Positions 1 to 6,617 of a stretch of DNA of 26,010 nt are shown one piece after another. The stretch comes from Candidatus Micrarchaeales archaeon. Its GTDB lineage: Archaea; Micrarchaeota; Micrarchaeia; Anstonellales; J096. Within the stretch, counting starts at the first letter, position 1. Each line of letters begins with the position of its first letter. Location of the stretch: NCBI GenBank assembly GCA_039793475.1, contig JBAMLP010000040.1, forward strand, positions 1 through 26,010, given 5' to 3'. The translations under genes and the position numbers were made by a program. The notes below the pieces were generated by a model. That model did no database searches. It had not been told where the DNA came from and saw only the letters and a program-made list of their open reading frames with translations.

Positions 1-62
1 CGTCTTATAAATACCTTCTACGACCTCCCCTGGGTTTCGAAATTAAGCTCCCCCTAGTCGTA

Positions 63-311
63 TGCGGTTGCCGGGATTTTCAAGCCAAAACCTCCTAAGA
101 CAAACCGCGGAGGGGAAGACAAACCTCATAGGGGGCTCCGCCCCCTCGCGGTTTTTCCTTGATTTCCCCTTCACCCCCAAACCAAAACCACCTAATAACA
201 TAGGGGGGTTGGAGCTAGGGGGAGATGAGAACTACTTCAAGCTCCCCCTGGCTTATTGAACCCGGGCCGCTGGCTTGGGAAGCCAGAATCATACCACTAG
301 ACCACAACCGC
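63..311 (-). tRNA. tRNA-Gly (anticodon CCC), intron-containing; exon 1 = 311..255, exon 2 = 76..63
   Basis: Minus strand reads GCGGTTG-TG-GTCTAGTGGTATGAT-T-CTGGC-TT CCC AA-GCCAG-CGGC-CCGGG-TTCAAT (311..255) and resumes T-CCCGG-CAACCGC-A (76..63). Joined, the exons give a 71-nt cloverleaf: 7-bp acceptor stem, 5-bp anticodon stem (CCC at 279..277), 4-nt variable loop, T-loop TTCAATT. CCA is not encoded. Confidence 0.95.
77..254 (-). other. 178-nt archaeal tRNA intron at non-canonical position 59/60
   Basis: Strict hBHBh' motif. Central helix TTCA (260..257) pairs with TGAA (82..79). 3-nt bulges AT|A and AA|T. Intron helix AGCCA/TGGCT; exon helix is the T-stem CCGGG/CCCGG. Confidence 0.9.
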
Positions 312-332
312 GCTATTACTTAAAATATAGAA

Positions 333-1259
333 TTAAATTTTAAATGTTTGCGGATTCCTTTCCTTCTCGAGCACGCCTATTAATGCTTGAGGTGGGATGA
401 TGCCCTGTTCTGTTATATATGCGTTTATGTATTTCGCCGCAGTAACATCGAATGCAGGGTTTCTTATCTTCAAATTTTTCATTTTTACTTTCCACACTTC
501 AGCAGGGTCTCTTTCTTCTATATGCTCCCTCACTCCATACTGGGTCAATGGGTCGTATTTCAGCGTTTCTGTAGCTGAAAAAAAGCTCTTGTCATGAAAG
601 CGCATGATGTGCGCTAGTGTTGATGTTCCGATTTTGTTCACCAAATCCCCGGTGGCGGTTATTGCATCAGCACCGACGAGCGCAAAATCAGTTTTTTTTG
701 CAAAAAAATTCATCGCGCCATCAACGATGAAAGTAACCTCTATCCCTGCCTTTGCCAGTTCCTCAGCAGTAATCCTTCCCTGATATCTGGGCCTGGTTTC
801 GCACGCAATCACATCTACCTCCTTTCCCATCTTCACCGCTTTTTTTATTATTCCGGTTACGGTCGAGGAGTGGCAGTGCACCATAATCGTTGCTTTGTCC
901 GGGATGTATTTTGCTCCATAATCCTTCAACTTCTCAACATTTTTGTCAATCTCATCCAGCGTTCTTTTACAGTATACAAGCATGCCGCTTTTCAGAAGCT
1001 TCGCATCCTTCCTCCTATTCTCCACAGCATACTTCTGCATTGCCATCATAACATTCCGCAGCATGGGCTCCGTAGGCCTTGCTTTGCTCAGAACTTCTAT
1101 CGTTTTTGAAATTTCTCTCACAAATTCATTCGAACTTCTCTCTTTTGAGTTTTTAATCTCGTATATAACAGAATTAAGCGCTGCTTTTGCAATATTCCTC
1201 GCGCCCTGCACCTTAAGCGCCTTTATATCCGCAATAACCTTTTTTGTTTTCGCCTGCAT
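333..1259 (-). CDS. Ribose-1,5-bisphosphate isomerase (eIF-2B alpha/beta/delta family)
   Basis: Motifs VQGARNIA, ARPTEPMLRN, HCHSSTV (catalytic Cys), ETRPRYQGRITA, GADAI (catalytic Asp), NKIGT and NPAFDVT match archaeal R15P isomerase of the AMP/nucleoside salvage pathway. Confidence 0.88.
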   Translation of the reverse strand: MQAKTKKVIADIKALKVQGARNIAKAALNSVIYEIKNSKERSSNEFVREISKTIEVLSKARPTEPMLRNVMMAMQKYAVENRRKDAKLLKSGMLVYCKRTLDEIDKNVEKLKDYGAKYIPDKATIMVHCHSSTVTGIIKKAVKMGKEVDVIACETRPRYQGRITAEELAKAGIEVTFIVDGAMNFFAKKTDFALVGADAITATGDLVNKIGTSTLAHIMRFHDKSFFSATETLKYDPLTQYGVREHIEERDPAEVWKVKMKNLKIRNPAFDVTAAKYINAYITEQGIIPPQALIGVLEKERNPQTFKI

Positions 1260-1289
1260 GGAATATACTCTTTAAAAAAGAATAAAAAG

Positions 1290-1919
1290 TTATTCTTCTC
1301 CTACTTCGGCTATGACTGCCCCCAGCAAAAGCAATCTCATGTTTTTGTCCCATCCATCGTATTCTGATGCTTCTTTATAAAGCTGGTAGGCTGTTTTCAG
1401 CAGATCCGGATCCTTTGTAATTATGGCCCTTTCGTACAAATAATCAAGTAAAGGAGTTTCATCATCAGCCGCAACTTTTTTGTAATACTCATCAATCGCT
1501 TCTTTAAAGCACCCGCCGTCCCTATAAATGCTTTGCAGCATTTCTATTTTTTCAGCATCATTTGCAATAATATAACTCTCCAAAAATTCGCAAAACATAT
1601 CACAATCCAGACCCCTATCAGGGCGTTTTACGCCCATTTCCACTGCAATAGATAAATATTCTCCGAACTCTTTAAACAGTCTTGCTTTTGGTATGTTGCC
1701 TGCTTTTTCATAGGCGTCCGCGAGGGCATTGATTCCTTCGCTGTCGAGTTTTTTACAATTGAATCTCATTCTATTTAGATCAAGCTTTTTTTCAAGAGCC
1801 ACGAAAAGTTCGTATCCCTGCTTTTTCCTCATCAAGTTTCGTATCATCACACCACTACGATGTTTAGCTATGTTCATCCCCGCATTTTTATTAGTAGAAA
1901 TGTTTAAATATGTTTTCAC
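1290..1919 (-). CDS. Hypothetical protein, probably alpha-helical (209 aa)
   Basis: Long ORF filling the gap between the isomerase and the ligase. One weak TPR-like segment (INALADAYEKAGNIPKA); no recognised family. Confidence 0.6.
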   Translation of the reverse strand: MKTYLNISTNKNAGMNIAKHRSGVMIRNLMRKKQGYELFVALEKKLDLNRMRFNCKKLDSEGINALADAYEKAGNIPKARLFKEFGEYLSIAVEMGVKRPDRGLDCDMFCEFLESYIIANDAEKIEMLQSIYRDGGCFKEAIDEYYKKVAADDETPLLDYLYERAIITKDPDLLKTAYQLYKEASEYDGWDKNMRLLLLGAVIAEVGEE

Positions 1920-1970
1920 ATTTTAAAAAACAGCGAAAAGTTTTAATTGGTTGATTTTTCAAAACCTTTT

Positions 1971-3692
1971 ATGAAGTTTGAGGAGCTGGCGAAGATATTT
2001 GAGGAAATAGAGGCCAGGAGCGGAAGGCTCGAGATGACGGATTTGCTGGCAGAGATGTTCAAAAAAACAACCCCTGAAGAGGCGGAAAAAATCGCCTATC
2101 TATTGCAGGGTCAGCTTGCGCCTCCATACATCGGCTTAAATTTAGGGCTCGGGGAAAGGTTTGCGATAGAGGCGATCTCTCATTCCACCGGATACAACAA
2201 AAATGCAGTGGAGAAAAAATACAAAGAAATTGGGGATTTGGGAAGGGTTGCAGAAGAATTGCTGAAAACAAAAAAACAAACTGCGCTTTTCGCAAAAGAG
2301 CTTCGCGTTGTTTATGTTTATGACACATTTGTTAAGATTGCAAAAGCATCTGGTAGGGGAAGCCAGGAAGCGAAAATAAAAATGTTGGCAGAACTTCTTA
2401 ACAACTCAAAACCCCTTGAGGCAAGGTACATTATAAGAATAGTTCTGGGACGGCTCAGGCTTGGCGTTGGCGACCCGACCATTTTAGATGGACTGAGCGT
2501 TGCGCTTTTCAAAACAAAAGAAAAAAGGGAGGAAATAGAGAGGGCATATAACCTATGCTCGGACTTAGGGTATGTTGTAAGGACTGCGATGGAAGAGTAC
2601 AAAAAAATAGCAAGGTTCAAAATCCAGCCATTCAAACCCCTCATGCCCGCGCTTGCGGAAAGGCTCGCATCTGCAGAAGAAATAATAAAGAAGCTTGGAA
2701 GGTGCGCAGTAGAGCGAAAATACGATGGGTTCAGGATGCAATGTCATAAAAAGGGGGATAAGGTGGAGATATACTCCCGAAGGCTAGATGTCATGACGGA
2801 TATGTTTCCTGATGTTGTTGATGCAACTAAAAAACTAAAAACAAAAGAAATAATTTTCGAGGGCGAGGCGCTCGCTTTCAACAAAAAGAAGAACAGGTTC
2901 TACTCCTTCCAGGAGACGATGCACCGCCGGAGAAAATATGGAATTGATAAGGCGAGCAGGGAGTTTCCTCTTTATGTTTTTGTTTTCGACCTTCTCTATT
3001 TAAACGGCCAGGATTATACAACAAAAACATACAGGGAAAGGAGGAAAGCGCTCAAGAAAATATTTCCCTCAGGAATTCTCAAAATTGCGGAGAGCATAGA
3101 GACGGACAATCCAAAGCAGCTTGAAAATTATTTTCAGGACTCGCTGAAAAAAGGGCTGGAGGGAATTATCGCAAAAGATTTGAGCGCAGTTTACACCGCA
3201 GGAAAAAGAAAGTTCGCATGGATAAAACTGAAGAAGAGCTACGGGAAGGCGGTGGATACGATAGATGCTGTAATAGTTGGCTATTATCTTGGAAAAGGCG
3301 CGAGGGCTGAGTTCAAGTTTGGAGGGCTTCTTGTCGCTGTTCGGAACGAGGATACCGGGAAGCTGGAAACAATTGCAAAAATAGGCTCTGGCTATACAGA
3401 AGAGGAAATGAAAACCCTGAAAGAACTACTCGATGAAGTAAAAACAAAAGAACCGCCAGGGGATCTGGTGTACAGAATAAAACCTGATTTTTGGGTGGAG
3501 CCGAAGTATGTAATAGAGGTTGCATTCGATGAAATTACTGAAAGCCCTCTCCACACAGCGGGCATGCACGGAGAAAAGGGCTATGCGCTGAGATTTCCGA
3601 GGATGGTGAGGATAAGGAACGACAAGGCGCCGGATGAGGCGACGACAACGAGGGAAGCAGAGGAGATGTTTGAACTGCAGAGAAAAAAATGA
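1971..3692 (+). CDS. lig: ATP-dependent DNA ligase (archaeal type)
   Basis: Motif I ERKYDG, EGE, FDLLY, EGIIAK, WIKLK, DAVIVG and RFPR..RIRNDK, plus an N-terminal DNA-binding domain. The ORF track starts at TTG 1947; ATG 1971 (MKFEELA..) resembles typical archaeal ligase N-termini. Confidence 0.97.
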   Translation: MKFEELAKIFEEIEARSGRLEMTDLLAEMFKKTTPEEAEKIAYLLQGQLAPPYIGLNLGLGERFAIEAISHSTGYNKNAVEKKYKEIGDLGRVAEELLKTKKQTALFAKELRVVYVYDTFVKIAKASGRGSQEAKIKMLAELLNNSKPLEARYIIRIVLGRLRLGVGDPTILDGLSVALFKTKEKREEIERAYNLCSDLGYVVRTAMEEYKKIARFKIQPFKPLMPALAERLASAEEIIKKLGRCAVERKYDGFRMQCHKKGDKVEIYSRRLDVMTDMFPDVVDATKKLKTKEIIFEGEALAFNKKKNRFYSFQETMHRRRKYGIDKASREFPLYVFVFDLLYLNGQDYTTKTYRERRKALKKIFPSGILKIAESIETDNPKQLENYFQDSLKKGLEGIIAKDLSAVYTAGKRKFAWIKLKKSYGKAVDTIDAVIVGYYLGKGARAEFKFGGLLVAVRNEDTGKLETIAKIGSGYTEEEMKTLKELLDEVKTKEPPGDLVYRIKPDFWVEPKYVIEVAFDEITESPLHTAGMHGEKGYALRFPRMVRIRNDKAPDEATTTREAEEMFELQRKK

Positions 3693-4064
3693 CTAAACTA
3701 CTTTCAGCCCCTTTATCCCCTCATACTCATTCCTGTTTTTTGTGAGAAGAAATGCATCATTCCTAATGCAGATTGCTGCGTTTATTATCGCCCGCGTAGA
3801 GGTCCTAACCCCTTCTTTCATTCCTTCATGGTAGAATTTTGACGCAAGCTCCGCGCTCTGGCTGTCGAAACCAAGAATCTCTAGGTTCTTCATAAACCTA
3901 AGCACCGGAGCAATTGATTTCACACTCGAGAGAACCTCGAACATCACAACACTCGTGGTCACAATCTCTTCCTTTTCAATGTAGTATCTAAGCTTTTCTA
4001 TTGTCGCCCTCCTTCCCTCAAGAAAGTCTATTATTATGTCTGAGTCAAGGCAGATTTTCACCAT
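3693..4064 (-). CDS. vapC: PIN-domain VapC toxin
   Basis: LDSDIIID, TTSVVMFEV and LLTKN PIN motifs. ATG 4064 overlaps the antitoxin stop (TGATG) with RBS GAGGTGG upstream; the track start is 4073. Confidence 0.88.
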   Translation of the reverse strand: MVKICLDSDIIIDFLEGRRATIEKLRYYIEKEEIVTTSVVMFEVLSSVKSIAPVLRFMKNLEILGFDSQSAELASKFYHEGMKEGVRTSTRAIINAAICIRNDAFLLTKNRNEYEGIKGLKVV

Positions 4065-4276
4065 CACATCCACCTCTTCAGTGTAATCAGCTGCTTCTCA
4101 TCAACATCCCTAGGCCCGAGAATGCCAGCGAACTCCATTATGCTTGAGTCTGTTCTCTTCTCCTGCATGATGGAAACAAGGTATTCTATCGCCTCGGAAA
4201 AACTCATCCCCTTTGATTTTTTCAGCTTGTCCAGCTTCTCGTAAACATCATCCCTAATAGTAATTACACGCACCAT
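4064..4276 (-). CDS. vapB: VapB-type antitoxin (DUF217-like)
   Basis: ITIRDDVYEKLDKLKKSKGMSFSEAIEYL pattern; small gene directly upstream of and coupled to the PIN gene. Confidence 0.8.
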   Translation of the reverse strand: MVRVITIRDDVYEKLDKLKKSKGMSFSEAIEYLVSIMQEKRTDSSIMEFAGILGPRDVDEKQLITLKRWM

Positions 4277-4288
4277 TCTGACCGCCTC

Positions 4289-4319
4289 ATAAATACATTC
4301 AATAAATACATTTAAATGT
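4289..4319 (-). promoter_or_regulatory. vapBC promoter with putative operator repeats
   Basis: ATAAATACATT occurs twice (4289-4299, 4302-4312). Perfect palindrome ACATTTAAATGT (4308-4319) contains a TATA-like TTTAAA. RBS GAGGCGG lies at 4288..4282. Confidence 0.55.
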
Positions 4320-4396
4320 TTTTCGTCTGGGATTAGGGGAAGTAGAGTATGTTGGTTGGAAAATGTGCATCTCCCTTACCGTCGGCAAACAGAAGG

Positions 4397-4434
4397 TATA
4401 TAAAACTATTTTTTGCTTTTTCCGTTGAGGTGAC
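4397..4434 (+). promoter_or_regulatory. ftsZ promoter TATA box and RBS
   Basis: TATATAAAA at 4397-4405 and GAGGTGA at 4428-4434, four nt before ATG 4439. Confidence 0.6.
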
Positions 4435-4438
4435 CAGG

Positions 4439-5512
4439 ATGGATAGTTTGATAAAAGACGTATTAAACGCCTCCTCGCAGGCAGGGGCGAAGGAGGAAGA
4501 GGATGTGGGAAACGAGCACATAAAAATCGTAACCTGCGGGGTTGGAGGAGCAGGGAACAACACCATAAACCGGCTTGTGAAAGCGGGCGTGAAAGGCACA
4601 GACCTTGTGGCAGTAAACACAGACCAACAGCACCTGAACATAGTGCATGAGAGGGCAAAGAAGGTGCTCATAGGAAAGAGCATCACAAAGGGCCTTGGTG
4701 CAGGCGGATACCCGGATATTGGTGAAAAGGCCGCAGAAGTGGACAGGCACCTAATCGAGAAGGAGCTCGAGGGCTCGCACCTTGTTTTCATATGCGCTGG
4801 AATGGGTGGAGGAACAGGTGGCGGAGCAGCACCGACAGTTGCAGAAATAGCAAAGGAGCAGGGCGCAATTACCGTTGCCATGGTTACATACCCGTTCGCT
4901 CTGGAAAGGGCGAGAAGGAAGAAGGCAGACGAGAGCATCACGAAGCTGAGAAAGCACTGCGATTCGGTTATAATTTTGGACAACAACAGATTGGTTCAGC
5001 TTGTCCCGAACCTTCCGATGACAGAGGCGTTTGCTGTCGCGGATGAAATTTTGGCGCGTGCGATTTCAGGTCTGGTGTGGACCATCACCCAGCCGTCCCT
5101 CATCAACATAGACTTCGCGGATGTAAGAAGCATAATGAAGGGAGGCGGAGTCGGCTTCATAGCTGTGGGAGAAGGAAAGGGAGCAGACAGGGTGAAGTCC
5201 GCGGCTGAAAGCGTCTTGAAGAACAGGCTGCTGGATGTAAGCTTTGAGGGTTCGAAGGGCGCGCTCATCCACATCTCCGGAGGAAGCGACCTCACTCTCG
5301 GCGACGCCATAAAGGCAGGAGAGATTATTACAGAACAGATGGACGCTGAGGCGAACGTAAAATGGGGTGCCAGGATAATGAACAACTACGAGGGCAAGCT
5401 TGAGATTGTCGCGATAGTCACTGGTGTGAGGGGAGCAAGCATTCTCGGCACATTCCCACAGGAGGAAGCGCTACCAGCACCAGCTTACTCAGGCGACCTT
5501 GACCTCCTCTAA
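4439..5512 (+). CDS. ftsZ: Cell division GTPase FtsZ, copy A (FtsZ2-like)
   Basis: GVGGAGNNTIN, AVNTD, GLGAGG, GMGGGTGGG, DNNRL and T7 loop PSLINIDFADVRSIMKGGG. Start moved to ATG 4439 because of the RBS; the track start is 4349. Confidence 0.96.
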   Translation: MDSLIKDVLNASSQAGAKEEEDVGNEHIKIVTCGVGGAGNNTINRLVKAGVKGTDLVAVNTDQQHLNIVHERAKKVLIGKSITKGLGAGGYPDIGEKAAEVDRHLIEKELEGSHLVFICAGMGGGTGGGAAPTVAEIAKEQGAITVAMVTYPFALERARRKKADESITKLRKHCDSVIILDNNRLVQLVPNLPMTEAFAVADEILARAISGLVWTITQPSLINIDFADVRSIMKGGGVGFIAVGEGKGADRVKSAAESVLKNRLLDVSFEGSKGALIHISGGSDLTLGDAIKAGEIITEQMDAEANVKWGARIMNNYEGKLEIVAIVTGVRGASILGTFPQEEALPAPAYSGDLDLL

Positions 5513-5540
5513 CTTTTTTCTTTTTTATTTTTTGTTTTTT
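5513..5540 (+). terminator. Oligo-T tract, putative archaeal intrinsic terminator between the ftsZ copies
   Basis: CTTTTTTCTTTTTTATTTTTTGTTTTTT immediately follows the ftsZ-A stop codon. Confidence 0.5.
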
Positions 5541-5573
5541 ATTGTCTGGGCAGTTGATGGTTCGGTGGTTGGA

Positions 5574-6584
5574 ATGACTGGAAACAACGCAGATGTTCGG
5601 ATTGCGGTAATCGGAGTTGGCGGTGCTGGAAGCAATGCGGTGAACAGGTTGAAGAAAAACAGAATAGAAAGCGCCCGGACGATTGCTGTAAACACGGACG
5701 CAAGGCATCTTAAGTTCATACATTCTGATGAAAAAATTCTCATAGGAAAAAGCATCACAAAGGGCCTTGGCGCTGGCGGAATGCCAGAGGTTGCAAAGAA
5801 ATGCGCAGAAGCTGACAGAAAACTTTTGAGCGAGAGAATAGGGGAAATGGACATTGTCTTCATTTCCGCAGGAATGGGTGGAGGAACAGGAACCGGCGCG
5901 GCGCCCATCATCGCAGATATTGCAAAGGAGCAGGGCGCAATTACCGTTGCCATGGTCACATACCCGTTTGCTATTGAGAGGTCGAGGATAAAAACAGCGC
6001 GGATGGGAATACAAAAACTCATCAATGTTTGCGACACCGTTGTTGTAATAGACAACAATAGAATGGTGCAGTATGTTCCAAACCTTCCGCTGGATAAAGC
6101 GTTCGAGCTTGCGGATAGCATAGTGGGAAGGGCTGTGAAGGCAATTGCAGATTCCATAGTTCTTCCATCCATGCTCAATATGGATTTTGCGGATTTCAAG
6201 GCAGTGATGGCGAAAAAAGGGCTTTCCATGATAAGCTTGGGCGAAGGAAAGGGAGCAAACAAGATTGAAGAGGCGGTGAAGAACACTCTCGAACACCCCC
6301 TTTTGGAAGTTGATTATGAGGATGCAAACGGAGCGCTGGTGCATGTTGAGGGAAGTCCGAAGCTCACTCTCGCTGAGGCAATAAGGGCAGGGGAGCTGAT
6401 GACAGTTAGTTTCTCGCCTGATTCTGAGGTGAAGCTCGGAGCCCGTGTAAACCCATCCATGAGTGAAGATGCGGTTGTTTTGACCGCGATAATAACAGGA
6501 GTGAAATCCCCACACATAATAGGAATGAGCGAGCCTAAACTGGCTACAACCGAACAGAAGGCCGAAATGTTTGCACTGGCATAG
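5574..6584 (+). CDS. ftsZ: Cell division GTPase FtsZ, copy B (divergent FtsZ2-like)
   Basis: GVGGAGSNAVN, AVNTD, GLGAGG, GGGTGTG and T7 loop PSMLNMDFAD. ATG 5574 is preceded by GGTGG; the track extension from 5499 merely translates the T-tract. Confidence 0.95.
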   Translation: MTGNNADVRIAVIGVGGAGSNAVNRLKKNRIESARTIAVNTDARHLKFIHSDEKILIGKSITKGLGAGGMPEVAKKCAEADRKLLSERIGEMDIVFISAGMGGGTGTGAAPIIADIAKEQGAITVAMVTYPFAIERSRIKTARMGIQKLINVCDTVVVIDNNRMVQYVPNLPLDKAFELADSIVGRAVKAIADSIVLPSMLNMDFADFKAVMAKKGLSMISLGEGKGANKIEEAVKNTLEHPLLEVDYEDANGALVHVEGSPKLTLAEAIRAGELMTVSFSPDSEVKLGARVNPSMSEDAVVLTAIITGVKSPHIIGMSEPKLATTEQKAEMFALA

Positions 6585-6617
6585 CCATTTAAATATTTTT
6601 TTGTTCTCTTTTTCCGT

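Noticed and set aside
5-13. TTATAAATA as a promoter for an antisense RNA to the tRNA
   Set aside because: It reads equally well as a minus-strand TATA box for a gene beyond the left edge; this cannot be resolved from the window.
77-254. Intron as a C/D box guide, group I intron or split-tRNA spacer
   Set aside because: No RTGATGA/CTGA boxes. The junctions fit BHB rather than the U/G group I rule. The exons are collinear in cis with no separate promoter evident.
62-259. 65-aa plus-strand ORF
   Set aside because: It lies antisense to the tRNA exon 2 and intron, has no RBS and has low-complexity composition; the tRNA explains the sequence.
333-1259. Translation initiation factor eIF-2B subunit
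   Set aside because: It retains the catalytic Cys (HCHS) and Asp (GAD) and the ETRP..QG motif of R15P isomerase; eIF-2B is the common mis-annotation.
4349-4438. N-terminal extension of FtsZ-A (and 5499-5573 for FtsZ-B)
   Set aside because: The extensions span the TATA box, RBS and oligo-T tract; downstream ATGs have proper RBSs.
4333-6515. Long antisense ORFs (217, 253 and 365 aa) over the ftsZ genes
   Set aside because: These are shadow frames of conserved ftsZ coding sequence with no recognisable motifs or RBS.
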